DNA of 64,000 nt from the human T2T-CHM13v2.0 reference genome, Homo sapiens, in the NCBI RefSeq assembly GCF_009914755.1, contig NC_060939.1. One strand, 5' to 3'. Made by a program: the position numbers and the translations under genes. The notes beneath the pieces were generated by a model. That model was not told the DNA's origin, ran no database searches, and was given only the letters and a program-made list of their open reading frames with translations. Shown here piece after piece: positions 1-13,819 of this stretch. How positions within the stretch are numbered: position 1 is the stretch's first letter; every line of letters begins with the position of its first letter.

Positions 1-716
1 ACTTACTATCCCAAAGCTCATCAGTCAAATTGGTTTATAAACATACATACAGGTTAAGAAATACCCATATGAAAATGGAAAAAAAAATAAAAAGATTTGG
101 TTTATATTTACACTGCTTTTTCTTCTTTAAAGGATACTGTTTGTAAAGATTTGTTGACTCACAAGCCACAAACTTGAAGAGAAGGTAGTTTCACTTGTAT
201 ACTTTTTCCTCCTCAAATTTTTTTATTTGAAAATAAAAATAATGGTCAAATTAAAAAAATGGGAAAATAAAAAAGTGGGCAAATAATGTGATAGAATAAG
301 GATTATTAATATCTTACTATTCCCAGACCTCAGTTCCCCCTTCCCTGTCCATCAAAGGGTAGCCCATCTCTCCCCACCAAACCTGCAGTCAGATCATAAA
401 TAGGACTCTTTCCTACTAGGAGACTTAGTCAATCTAATAAAACAAACAAACAAAAAACACTGGGATAATTAGAGGAGGAAGAAGAAATGGGAGAGAAAAC
501 CTTAGTGGGCTGGGTGGAGGAGGATGAATATTAACAGAATGTTTGGGAAATGTGTTTTAAACTATGTGTTTCAATCTCCTTCAATACCCTCCAATAGAAT
601 TCCTTTCCAATTCCTTTTTTGCTCTTAAATTACGCTTCTTACAAAATACACTGCCGTAAAATGAACCTCCTCTAGAAACCCTTCTCCTGGGCATCTAGGT
701 TTATAAGGGTTACAAG

Positions 717-922
717 CAGTGGTGCACTAGAGACAGCTTGTACTGGCTTAGAGAACAAATTCTGTGCATCTCTTCCCAATACTATTCAGTGATCTCATAC
801 TGGTAGTTTGAAATTGGCCATGGTGGGAGTATTTACACCATAGAAATTGGCAAACATTACAAATCAGAGCTTGTTTTTTTTTTCCCCCTCTCCCAGAGAG
901 CTGGTTTACCAGCACACCACTG
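717..922. mobile_element. MER63A-like hAT MITE
   Basis: Terminal inverted repeats CAGTGGTGCACT / AGCACACCACTG; internal GGCCATGGTGGGAGTATTTACACC. Confidence 0.75.
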
Positions 923-1959
923 GACAAAAAAACACAATGGTAAAATAATCCTCCTCCCAGTTTTCATATTCTGATATTGTTGTTTTTGAAACGTGATAGC
1001 TGGGTTTTCCTTTAGACTCTCTCTACTTTATAAAATACTTCTAAAAATGTCCAAAGTCACACTCCACACACTAGAACCCTGCCAGCTGTTTCATGAACAC
1101 ATGCCCAAGTGAAGTCAGGGAGTGGTTGAGGGAATATTTACTGTTTTATTCAAATCCATCCCCCACTGTTAAAATAACAATGCGTGCTATAATAATAGAT
1201 GAATATTATTATTGTAGTATTTGAAAGATAATACATTTTTATTCCTTAAACGTTTAAATTTATTATTAACAAAATAGCCCTCTCCTAGGAGCCTTGGCAC
1301 CTATAAAATATTTTAAAACAGTATTCTTACCCTCTTTTTGTCATTTTTTTATCCCTTTGAAAATATTAAGAAAGCTACAGACCCTCTAAACCAGAAAAGT
1401 TGTAAGGCGAAAGTCTAGTTAACTCCAGGTTAAGAACGCCTGCTTGTAGATAAGGTCCCCATTCTCAAGGCATTTGCAGTCTCCTGGGTAGAACTTTTTG
1501 GGAACTTCTGTTCTGAAATCCCCTTAAGAATCCATCACACTTTTTGTACATATTCTTAGTAGTGGCATCTTTATCCTCTTGGGGTAGATTGAAGTTAAAA
1601 GGAAAAAAAGAAGCCAAAGGTCATTTGGCACTAAAGCTGATGAATACAATGTGCAATGAAACTGAGTATTACCTTTTTTGGTAAAAACAAATAGGGAGTA
1701 GAGTAATAGGGCCCTTTTTCTTTCTGACACATAAACTGGCTCTGTAAGCAATTCCAAAAGAGGATTTCCAGAAAAGATCTGGGCAATACAGCATCATCAC
1801 AATAAGTGGGTATCTTCCATTTCTCTGCCCAATATTTAGGGGGCAGATGATAAGGGGAAATTTGGATGCATAAATTCTAATTTCTACCACTTTAATTAAA
1901 TGAAATCAGTCTCATTACCATATATATCCTGTTTCCAGTAGTTTACATGTATCAAACTT

Positions 1960-2140
1960 TTACCATGTAGCAGGTACTGTGCTGAATGCTCTCCATGCTT
2001 CAGATAAGCTCTATGAAATATGCAACACTGTTATCTTTAACTTATAAATGAGAAAACTGAGGCTTAGAGTAGGTAAGTAGTGGCAGCTTGGAATTTGAAA
2101 CACCAATCTTCCCAACTCTGAATCCTGTGCTCTTAACAGT
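1960..2140. mobile_element. MIR fragment
   Basis: MIR core-like ataaatgagaaaactgaggcttagag. Confidence 0.6.
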
Positions 2141-3049
2141 GGTTAAGAGCTTCCTGTCCACACATGAAAATCACATACTGCCTTTCGTCGCTAAATGAAA
2201 AGCCACTAGAATGATGCAGGTAGGAATTCAAACAGGCGTTTAGAAGCAGCAGCCAGCTGTGTGGGCAGTGATGAGAGACAGTTGCATGGAGAAGGCGAAA
2301 CTTTGGTTCAACAAGATTCCAATAGAGAAAAGAGGAGTGATTACAAGCAGCCACAATAGCAAGGACAAAGATTTGAAGGTAAGATCAGCAATGTGCTTTT
2401 GCTAAGAGAGGACACAGAGGAACAGAACAAAACAGAACAGGCAGAATGATAGCAGGGCAGATAGGTAAACCACTGCAAGTGGAGGTGGCAGCCAAGGGAG
2501 GCAGGGGAGCTATTACTAACAAAACAAACAAAAACAAGGCATGTTGCTCAATAAACCCAGGAGGAAGATAAGAATAGCATCTAAGGTAGAGATTCTCATC
2601 CCAAAGTTCTATGGAACTTCAAAAAAAATCCCAGAAGCAAGCTCATACACACTATACCCCGTATCAATTAAATTCACACTTCTGGGAATGAAATCCAGGC
2701 TCCAGTGTGTTTGGTTCCTTGGTTTTAAGCTCCCCAGTGATTCTGGCATGTATACAGGATTAAGAATCACTGGTCTAACATCTTGGTTAAGGCAGATGAA
2801 GCAGATAGGGAAGAAGTCTGAGTATGTGAAACAAACTGGCCAGCTGAGAACTAGGCCAAGAAGAGGAGCACAGGCAGAAAGGTAGTAAGGACACAGACAT
2901 GGGCTGGTACCAAGCGACCAGATGGGGTAGGAAAGCCATGACAGATAGAGACTCTGTAAGTAATCAAGAGGTATTTAGGTTCAAATCAACTCTGTTCATA
3001 CCAAATTGTTGGAGAACCATACCAGATATGGAGAGAGTAGAGACACAAT

Positions 3050-3175
3050 CAAAAGTATAGGCTCTGCTACTCCTTAGCTATGGCACCCTGGGCAAGTTAC
3101 CTGATCTCTGTGAGCCTCAGTGCTTTCCTCTGTAAAAATGGAAATGTTAATCATATCTATCTTCCAGGGATATAC
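3050..3175. mobile_element. MIR fragment
   Basis: ctgggcaagttacctgatctctgtgagcctcag...tgtaaaaatgg core. Confidence 0.6.
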
Positions 3176-3349
3176 ATACACTAGGCATAAGAGAAAGACT
3201 ATGAAGTGAAGGTCCTCTAGGAGATTCCAGTTCTAACACAGGTTGAAAACTGAAATGAAAAGTACACATTCCTGAGAACCAGGAGATGGCAACAGAAAAG
3301 CAGGTTGGTGCCAGGTAGTAGGAGAGCTATTTTTTTTTTTTAAACTTTG

Positions 3350-4480
3350 TAGTAATGATAGGGAAGGAAAAGCACAACATTTTTGGAAAGCAGTGTGGAA
3401 AAATATAACAAGAGCCAGAAAGATGTTTGTACCATTTTATCCAGTAATCCTACTCTTGGAATGTATCCTAGAAAAATAAATTAACAGAAGAAAAAGAAAC
3501 TTCAGTATATAAAAATCTATATTAAAAAATGGAAACAACCAGAACTGTCAAATATAGGTCAATGGCTAAGTAAATTGTTACATATCCACCATATAGAATA
3601 TTAACTTTGGAATTCAGAAACCTTGTCTTATTCATCTTTTAATTTTTTAAAGTTCAACCTTAATTATACAAGGAACACTTTTAAAAATTGTCATTATAAA
3701 AAAATTAACGCAATAAAAAGCTAAAATTCTCCTTAACCAATTTTAGTTTTCCATCTAAAAATTGCCACTGTTAACAGTTCGGTGTGCACTCTGAGACATT
3801 TTTCAAGACACTTACACAAACACCCACAGACACATTTACACATATATATGTATACTTACATACACATATCTATAGAGGTATCTGTTTTGTTTACTGTATG
3901 TTACAAAAATGCTATCTTGGCTGTACTTGTTTTTTTGCAATTTGGTTTTTTTTTTTTTTCACTTAGCAACATGCCTTGGAAGATTTTCATGTCAGTATTA
4001 ATAGATATATCTCACTGTTTTTAATTTAAGGATGAATATATCACAGCTTATTTAACCATTCCAAGTATTGGTAGGTATTGATGTAGCTTTCAGTTTTCAT
4101 AATTACAAACGTTGTTTAGATGAACACTCTGGCTTCTGTCTCCTGATGCACTTTAACGACTGTTTCTTGAGGGCATGTAAAGAAGAGTGAAATGGTTGGA
4201 TATAGAGGGTCTGGTCTATGCGTTTAAATGTTAGTAGTTAAATGGCTGTACCAGCTTACAGTTTGCCAGCAGAGGAGGGGGAGTACCCAATGTCCCAGGC
4301 CCTGATCTAAAGTGGATATTATCAAATTTTGTTTCCAATCTGCTAGGTGAAAATAGTAACTATTGCTTTAATTAGCATTTACCAACCTCTTATTAGAGTA
4401 AGCCTTTCCTTTGGCCATATATATTTCTTTTTGGTGTTTTACCTATTTGTCACCTTTGCTAATTTTTCCAATTTATTATC
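3350..4480. mobile_element. Ancient L1M (L1ME-like) fragments in both orientations
   Basis: Degenerate L1 3'-region motifs (ccagtaatcctactcttggaatgtatcc; aatctgctaggtgaaa..ttaattagcattt). Confidence 0.45.
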
Positions 4481-4939
4481 ATTTTAGTGTCTCTGTCATA
4501 TAGCATAATCAGTTTTGAGTTAAGTGCTGAAATATTTAGTGAGTTAAATTATTCTAACTTTTAAAAATGATCATAAAAACATATAAAATATGTATGACAT
4601 AATGCAGTTAGATTAAAATGAGAATAAATTATGTGCAACATGAGAAGATATTCGTACAATTGGACATATGCTGGAAAGGAATACTTTAAATAAGAACAAT
4701 AAAACTAGAAACAGAAGCTAACATTTACATAGTACTTTACATATACTTAACCACTAATCAAAATGTTTTACATGTGTTAATATCTTTATTCTTCATACCA
4801 ATACTATTAGATTTTTTTTGAACTTGCTAAAAATCATTGTATAAATGGCAAAGCCAGAATCTGATAAGCCTGGGCAATCTGATTCCATAGCCTTTACACT
4901 CTTCACTATTACATTATACTAATATAGCTGCTACTGCTG

Positions 4940-5028
4940 TTGCTTCTCTTCCTTCTCCTCCCTCTCCTCCCCCTCCTCTTCCTTCTTTTTCTCCTTCTTC
5001 TTTTCTTCTCCTTCTTCCTCCTCCTCTT
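4940..5028. repeat. Polypyrimidine (CCT/CTT) low-complexity tract
   Basis: About 85 bp of almost pure C/T. Confidence 0.9.
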
Positions 5029-6301
5029 AATTTTGCTGTGAACCTAAAAGGTTTTTTTTTTTTTAATTAAGTCTTTTCTTTCTTAAGTTGCTCAGTGAAA
5101 GCAGAGTTAAGACCAATGGGAATTGGAAGAGCTTAGAAAACATCATAGCAGAATAGTTAGAATGAATATTCTAACTATCTAAAATACCATCACAGAATAG
5201 TTAGAATGAATCCCAGTGCACAAACAGGTATATAAGAAAAATTATTCATTGTGATTTAATTTTTATTTCTAATATTTTTCCTGCCAGTCTATTAGAAAAT
5301 ATAGCTTCAGTCATTTTCTTGCTTCTCTCTCCTCCATCCTGTGCAAAGTTATGCATGTCAGAGTGGGAGTGGGGAGAGCACATTGCATATCATGTGGTCC
5401 TTGATCCTCCGTTACCAGGCTATCTAATTTGCCAGTGGGATATCCTCTGTCCCTTTCCAGTATGCTGCCTGCCGCCTCTGTGCTCTCAGGCCCTACCTGG
5501 GGCCAAGGGTACCTGTTATTCTACCTGCCTAGTTGCCTATACAGCTATTCTCTCTGTAGGGCTAGGACTACCTCCCAGATGGTTCTGTCTGGGATGTGGG
5601 GTATATATCCTCTTGCTTAGAGACACATTAGCCTTCTTACTCTCCCTTCCAAGACCAGGAAAATTATTCTTCTAGACAGGGAAAAATTCTGATTTCATGG
5701 TTCTGGCCAAGACAAGTTCTATGCCCCAAATTCACTCTTACCTCTGGGACTTAGGCTTGTGGACCTATATCCAAGATTACTATTAGGATACTTTCTTCTT
5801 TTTATGCTGGCAGGTCTCTCCCTTGAGATAATGTGTACAGAGCCAACCATTAGTTCAGGGGTAGGGTGGAAAGCTAGAAATACAAAAAAAAATTAATAGA
5901 TTTTTGCAGATCCAGATAGATTGATTGATAGAGATATATGAGAAATATCTCATGATACACTGCCACATAATCTCATCTAGGTATGAGAATACCCAGGGTA
6001 CTCTCTCCCTTGGACATTATTGGCATTCAGGTGGATCTTCTATAGTCAACTCCTTTTTCTGAGTTCCCTGACAGCTGTACCAAAACTTTGTCCTTCCACT
6101 GTTACTTCTGACAGACATACTTGCTTCACTCTTCATCATATTTTCCTTCTGTTGCTATCTCTGCAAATGTCCCATGGACAGCTGGGGCCATCTGCCTACA
6201 AAACAATTGGCAGCACACAACAAAGTGTCAGTTGCTTCCAATGACTCAATAGATGGGTAGCTGGAATACACAGCACTATTGGGGTCTTGCTGCCCTGAGG
6301 A

Positions 6302-6468
6302 CAAGGCTGTCTAGCTACATGAATGTGCAATCTATGCAGTCACACAGGGCCATGAGCTTGATTTAATGCTCTGTTGTCACCATACTGGAATTTTTAATAG
6401 TCTTTTTAAACAAAAGGCCCTGTGCCTTCATGTTGCACTGTGTCTCATAAATTATCTAGTTGGTCCTG
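6302..6468. mobile_element. MER91-like hAT MITE
   Basis: Degenerate TIRs caaggctgtcta / tagttggtcctg; internal ttaatgctctgttgtcacc. Confidence 0.55.
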
Positions 6469-7994
6469 CCTAAAGGTCATCATTTCAACAGATTTGCAAA
6501 CTCTGTACTTGAAGACCCATCTGCAGAGTTTCTGAGACTGAGAAACTGTAAAGACAAATCACATTTCAATTGCATTTAAGGATACCATTAATGGATAATT
6601 TTGATAGGATTGGTTAAGGGATACCCTTTAGGGTCTTTTTTTTTTCAAGTTCAAAACTCTTGGGCTTTCAGGATGATAAGAGTAATTCTTATAATCCCAT
6701 TTGTGAGGTTAATGTGCACACACTCTTCTTCATTTATGGTGGTGCCCACACATATAAAAATGCTAGAATACGAGAATGGTTGCAAACTGTATGTTGGAAT
6801 TAATTCAAACAACTGTTTTCAGAATGATCAGTGGTTTGATTGGATGGTGTCTTTATGCAGTACAAATGATTGTGGAAGCCTAACTGGACCAACCCCATGA
6901 GCAACACTATGCTAATTAATGTGCTGTCCCATGCTCACTCATGGATCAGTAGGTACCCTTTGACCATCACCTTCCCATTTGCTGTGGAATCAGCCTTGAG
7001 TCAGAACCATGACACCTGAACTCTAGGCTCCTTCATAAGGTTCAAAGAGATTGCTGAGAATCCATTTTATCAGCCAATCTTTCCCCATTCCATCTGGTGA
7101 GGTTAATAATATATAAAAGAAGTTGTAGATAATATGGTAACTTCATGTCCTCAAGAGTTAATATAGTTTTTAAAAAATTTGTATTTTTCCTGTGACATGA
7201 AAAATACCTCAGGGATGGAGGCTTCACATCAGTGTACTATCACACCAGCTTGAGAAATACGTCATCCTTCTATCTAATCTCTCTATTTATGAGAATCAAC
7301 AGATGATTCTGTCTTCAAGCAAGGATCTGCTCAGCCTTTCAGAGAACTCAGAATGTCTTTCATCACAGAAGGATGTGGTCTGTTTTCTGAGATGATTTAT
7401 GGCTCTTAGAGATGAGCTTTGAGTATCCAGCCTTTGGCCAGGATACATCAACTTCTTTAATAAGTAGCATCATGCACTGAATGTCTGTTGACACATAACA
7501 CTGTATTTGTCAAGTGTCACCAAACCAGGAAGGACCCATCTTCTCATTATCACTGCCCTTCTTTTCTTATGAATATTACTTAAATCTGCCAGTACAGAAA
7601 TCAGAGAATTTTTTTAAAGTTCACACAATCTAGAGTAGGATGTATTATGGTCCAATGAATGGTTTTTCAATGATAGACTGAATTGAGGCAGTTACAAAGT
7701 GGTGGAAGAAATAGTGGAACCAGGATCCATGAGTTCAAAGATTATTTCTGCCTTTACCAGCAGTGTGTTGCAGAGCAAGTTACTCAACCTCTCAGAGACC
7801 CACTTTTCTGTATACAAATTGAGGCTAACACACAAATATACAAATTCTGACTAACTGCTTTCTGGGGTTGTTTTTGAGGCTAAAATAGATTGTTTCTGTG
7901 AAAAGGTTTTGTAATGGGTAGTCTTGAAAATAAATAGTGATTAAAAATTGAGTCAATATGCAAAAATTATGTGTAGACATTATTAATTTCTAAG

Positions 7995-8160
7995 GCAATG
8001 TTCCTCAGTCTTGGCTGCTTTTAAAACTCTCAGTCTCCAAGCTGCATCCCAGATCAATTAACTCAGAATTTCTGGGGTTTGGGTGCAGGCATCAGTATGT
8101 TTTTAAAGCTCCCTAAGGCGATTACAACATGCAGCCAGAGCTGCATACAGGAAACTGTCC
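7995..8160. mobile_element. MER5-family hAT-Charlie fragment
   Basis: cagaatttctgggg..ggcatcagtatgtttttaaagctccc..acatgcagccag motif. Confidence 0.6.
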
Positions 8161-9289
8161 TAAAGGAAAAAGAAAACCACTTTCATTGTTTGCTTCCTAT
8201 AGCTTGACCAAGTGACTTAACAAATAATTTGATTATATATCCCTCAAGCACCTGGGATGGTGCTGAGCACACTGAAATTGCTAACCAAATATTTGTAGAT
8301 AACCTTTACAAATGACCATGAAAATAGTTGAAAATTCTTCACATTAAGTTCATACTATTGCAACTCATTTCTTATTTAGTGAACTATTTAGGGGGAAAGG
8401 AAAGACAGTAATGACTGTCAAAAAAAAAAAAAAAAACTAAAAGAACTTAGCATGAAAAGTTGGGTGGTATGTTGACCACAACCACATATAAATGAGTAAT
8501 GAAAGCAGACAGGAAAGAAAAATGAAACTTCACTTGGGGGCCTCGGCCAGCACGTGTGCATGCAGCTTTCCTTCCTGGCATGTGGTTGCCTTTGGTGTAT
8601 GGCTAATCCAGGAGGAGCCAGGAAACTGTGAAAAGCCTTATAAATGTGTTCAGTGAACATCGTTGACAAGTGACTGGACTCCAGCTCTCCCATCTGTCTC
8701 TGGCAGGGTTGCTGCCAGCCTTCCAAGTCTGGGAGAGCAACTGTGTGGTAAATCACTCCATAGCCTGGGAAAATCAAGAGTTTTATTTTCTTATGGTGGA
8801 GAGTCTGTTGCCCTCCACATGGTGATGTCTGTGGGAGAGGGGTAGGTCCCAATAAGTAGTCCTCCTCAGGGAATTAAGTAGTAGCTTTGGAAGGGTCCCC
8901 AGAAAAGCTAGGGGGACTGATATTGTTGCACTGGGCTGGGAATTTTATATATGAGATTACATTTAATGCTCACAGCAACTCTGTGAGGTGGATATTTTAT
9001 TGTCTCTGTTTTGCCGATTCAGAACTTAAGGCTCTAAAAGTTTAACTCACTCTGCAGATCACAGGGCTAGGAAGTGGCAGACTGGGGGACTTAATGAAGT
9101 CTGCTGTCTCCAAATATGTGTCTTCTCTATAACAATGGTCTAAGTCACCCAAAGGTAATCAATCAGCTAAGTCTTCACTCAAGCCAAGTAAATATTTTGG
9201 GTCACTATCCATGTGTGTGCCCTTCTCCCTTATCCATGTGTATGGACCCTTGAGCCATTGCCTAGATTATTTTCATCCCAAAAAGTAAG

Positions 9290-9680
9290 TCAACCTACTG
9301 TGTGACCATGTAGTATCACATAAAGCAGCAGCAGCACCTAGGAGCTTGGTAGTAATGCAGATTATCAAACCCCATTGCAAGCCAACTGAATCAGAAACTA
9401 CATTTTAATGACATTTCCAAGGAATTCATTGAAGTTTAAAAAGCACTGGCCTACACCATAGAATTCTTTATCTGAAAGGGAATTTAGGTTAGTGATTCTC
9501 GAATTTGTGTGCATTAGAATTACTTGGGGGAAAGGAGTTAAAATGCAGATTCCCAGGTCCTTTGCCCAAGGGTTCTAATTAGGGAGCTGTGAGTGGGATC
9601 TGGGCAATCTGCACCTTTTAAGAAGCAGCCCAGCTGATTCAGCTATAGGTGACTTAAAAGCAAGACTATGATGAACATCG
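9290..9680. mobile_element. Two adjacent MER5-family elements
   Basis: gcagcagcacctaggagcttggtagtaatgcag..tgaatcagaaact and agtgattctcgaattt..aaatgcagattcccagg motifs. Confidence 0.6.
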
Positions 9681-10816
9681 ACTTAGGAATTTCAGCACCT
9701 ACCACTCATTTTGATGAATCTGAGGTCAAGGAGGGGAGAGGGATGACTTAGGTCATGCGGTGGTTAGTGACAGGAACAAGATGAAGACTGTGTCCTTGAA
9801 GCAGACTAAACACACCAGGTTTGGCATTGTAGGCCTTACAGAAAATGACTACCAAGTCTCTACCACATTTATTCTTTGTGCTACTTTAGAATCATTGATC
9901 CAATTGCAGTTCATTTACTCCTAATGAGAAAGGAATACTCTGGACATGGCAATGGAGGAAGGAGTGGGAGTCAATGAATCTCACTGGTCTTTTTCTTCAT
10001 AGACCTGGTTTTTAAAGTTTGTTTTGTTTTTAATAAGCCAAGGGATTTATTTGGCAGAGGAGAGTTGAGGAGCACAGAAACACAAGTAAAATAGTACTTA
10101 CACCTACATCTCTATGTGCTTACATGTAACCATCTCATTTAATCCTAAAATAGTCCTGTGAGGTACCATTTTACAGCTAGTAAACTCCAGAGTCAGGGAT
10201 GGAATACAGTCTTCTAGCTTCAGGGATCTCTCTGTTGTATGATTACTACTTTCTGGGGAAAGTTAGAAATTCCACCTTGAGACTGTAAGCAGTTGGTGGA
10301 CCATGGTTTGTAAACCAAAAAGAACCAATTAAAATCATGATTAGATCATAGTTTTAATTTTATCATCTTGACTATGGAAATCCAATATCAACTCCAGCCC
10401 TTTACTATATCCCTTAGGAAGAAAGGGGAACAAGAAAAAAAAATCTGTGGGGTGCTTTTATTCAAGAATTATACTTTTCTTTTGGAAGGTGGAATGACAT
10501 AGTGGGAAAAGCATAATTTGTGGTTCAAATAATGCCTCCTCCATTTATTAGCTGTATGAAACTGGTAAAATTTTCCAACAACTCTGAGCAGTGTTTTTCT
10601 CATCTATAAAATGTGTCATGATGAGAATCACAGAGATAATGTCAGTATATAGTTTGTCACAATGTTTGGGACCTAGTAAGTATTCAATGCCTACAAATCA
10701 TGGCTGAAATAGAGTGAGGAACACATTTATTTTGGTCAGTATTTTTGACCTCAGATAATAAGAGTGAAAGTTTTCTTTCTTTAGCTCTACTCTTTCTTCA
10801 AAATTCTCTATCTCAA

Positions 10817-11720
10817 GGAACTAGAAAACAAGAACAAACTAAACCCAAAGCTAGCGAAAAAAAAAAAAATAGCTAAAATCAGAATTGAATAAGCAAAAAT
10901 CAAACAACCCCATTAAAAAGTAAGCAAAAGACATGAACAGACACTTCTCAAAAGAAGACAGACAAGTGGCCAATAAACATGAAAAAGTTCTCAACATCAG
11001 TAATCATAAGATAAAGGCAAATCAAAACCATAATGAGATACCATCTTACACCAGTTAGAATGGCTACTATGAAAGTCAGAAAACAACAAATGCTGGCAAG
11101 TCTGTGGAAAAAAGAGAACACTTATACACTGTTGGTGGGAATGTGGAAAGCAATTTAGAGGTTCCTTAAAGAACTTAAAACAGAACTATCATTCAACTCA
11201 GCAACCCCATTATTGGGTATATACAGACACATGCAGTTGTATGTTTATCACAGCACTATTCACGATAGCAAAGACATGGAATTAATCTACATGCCCCTCA
11301 ATGGTAGATTGGATAAAGAAAATACAGTACACAGACACCGTGGAATACAACGAAGCCATAAAAAAGAACAAAATCATGTCCTTTGCAGCAACATAGATAC
11401 AGCAAAGAGGCCATTATCCTAAGAGAATTAACACAGGATCACAAAACCAAAGACCGCACGTTTTCACTTATAAGTAAGGGCTAAACAGCGGGTATTCATG
11501 GACATAAAGATGGCAACAGTAGACACTGGGGACTACTAGAGTGGGGAGGTAGGAAGAGGGGCAAGTGTGGAGCAACTTACTATTGGGAACCATGCTCAGT
11601 ATCTGGGTGACAGGATTCAGTCGTACCCCAAACCTCAGCATCACACAACATACCCAGGTAACAAACTCATACATTTACCCCCGCGAATCTAAAATAAAAG
11701 TTGAAATTATTGTTTTAAAA
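10817..11720 (+). mobile_element. 5'-truncated, internally deleted L1PB-type element with TSD
   Basis: L1 ORF2 3' end and 3'UTR ending aatctaaaataaaagttg. TSD ATTCT(C/T)TATCTCAA at 10803-10816 and 11722-11735. Confidence 0.85.
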
Positions 11721-13720
11721 GATTCTTTATCTCAATAAATGGCCTCACTATCTATCAACATTAAGCCAAACTAATAACCTTGTGCTTATTTTTACTTTTC
11801 CCCATGCTTTGCCACCTAACTGAACAGGTGTTCAAGCTGAGCTGGCTATACCTTTGAAACTCCTCCTAAATCTGAAGATTTTCACACCTACATTCCTGTC
11901 TAATGTGTTCCTCATAATTTCTCTCATGTGCTGTCAAAGCAGTTACAAAGCTGTCTTTTCTGGGTGAAACTTCTCCCATTCCTCCATGCAGCCACTGAAG
12001 CTCTCCATGTAAAATGCAAATCTCACTACGCTAAACAAAAAATAACTTTCTTTTTAAAATAGAGTGTGTTTTGCATTTCCTTGAGATTAGATTCAGGTTG
12101 TGTATTCTCAACTGCGATACTGGATGGGTGATGCATCCTCAAGGTATCAGCTCTGGAGGCATGATGATCATCTTTCCCTTACTGGCAATGTTAACTTTGA
12201 TCACCTGGTAATTGAAAATACTTTCAAATTTACAGAAATGTTGCAGTTATGAAACAGTACAACAAATACCCACATGCCTTTGACCCAGAGTCACCTGTAG
12301 TTAATATTTTATCCCATTTGCTTTATCACTTGTTCTATCTATATAATATTTTTCTTAACTTTTATGGTAAGCTGCATAAATCATAGAGCTTTAAATACTT
12401 CAGTGTGTATTTCTCAAGTATATAGTGTATATAGATATAGTCTTGTACATAATCACAGTATAGTCATCAGTACCAATAAATTTAAATTTAATACAATATT
12501 TTATCTAATCTGTCATTTGTATTTCAGTTTTCTCAGGTGACTTATTAATGTCCTTATGGCATTTTCCCCTCTAGTATAGGATCCAGTCTAGGGACATGTA
12601 TTGCATTTAGTTGGTAGGTCTCTGTAATCTCCTTTAACCTAAAATACTTCCACAGCCTTTCTTTGTCATTTAAAAAAAAAATACACTCTCTCTCCTTTTT
12701 GTCAGTAGAGTGTTTCTTATTCTGGGTTTTCTGATGCATGTTTATGGCTGTATTCAAGTCCTGTATTCTCAGCCCAAATACTGCATAGATGATGGTGTGT
12801 TCTCCTCAGGACATAATGTGGAGGAACTCCATGTCCATCTACTTCGACGAATTTTGGTTACCCTGTCAAGTTATTGTTCAATTTCTCCACGATGGAATTA
12901 CTATTATTTTTTTCTTCTTCACAGAAGATACTTTAAGACAATGTGGATATTTTTCTCTTCATCAGAACTTTCAGATTTAGCAATTATTGATGATTCTTCC
13001 CTGATGCAATCTTTACTGTAATATTTGCCAAATAATAATTTTTCAACTCCCATAATTTCTCAACATTCACAAGTTGGCTATCAGCATTCTACTGTATGCA
13101 AGAGCCCTCCATCCTCCCTCATTCATTCATTTATTTATCTTTTTATTATCAGTATGGACTCATGATTTTTTATTTTTTCAATTGTTTATAGTTTATCACT
13201 GTATTCAAGAATTTTGGTCCTCAAATTGTCCCAGATTTAGCCAATGAGAACCCTTTCCAGCTAGCACTTTGGTAATTGTGACATGACTCCATAATTTTTT
13301 TGAAAGTGCTTTCTTACTTTCCAGCATAACAAGATGTTCCAGGCTTATCTTTTACCTACCCTATCTCATCCCTTGAATCAGCCATATCAAAGACCCTTGA
13401 TTCCTTTTAGTGGAGAATGGTATTAGAGACCAAGATTTAGGTTTTAGGTGGGATCATTGCTAATGGAGTGTCTTTGATTCTTGACTCTTACAACAGGCCT
13501 AGGAAATACATACATGTATACCTGTACATATACACATATAAAATATATATACAAACATACATTGAACATGCATACAAACACAAATGAACATATGCATGTT
13601 TGCTTACATGTGTACATCACATGCATTTACATAATTTAGAAATTATCAGTTCACACTGGTACCTACAATTCCAATGCATGCCCATGGGGTTCTTTCTTGC
13701 CTTCTCTCATGCTATATATG

Positions 13721-13724
<4 letters not shown>

Positions 13725-13752
<28 letters not shown>

Positions 13753-13771
13753 GTTGTTGTTGTTGTTGTTT
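13725..13771. repeat. (TG)n(TTG)n microsatellite
   Basis: Directly visible. Confidence 0.95.
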
Positions 13772-13819
13772 AGTATTTGATAGCACAACAGTGTGACTAC
13801 CATCAATAATCATTTATAA

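Noticed and set aside
8418-8852. 144-aa ORF and other short ORFs in 1-24 kb
   Set aside because: No homology I recognise, frequent non-ATG starts and low-complexity ends; expected by chance.
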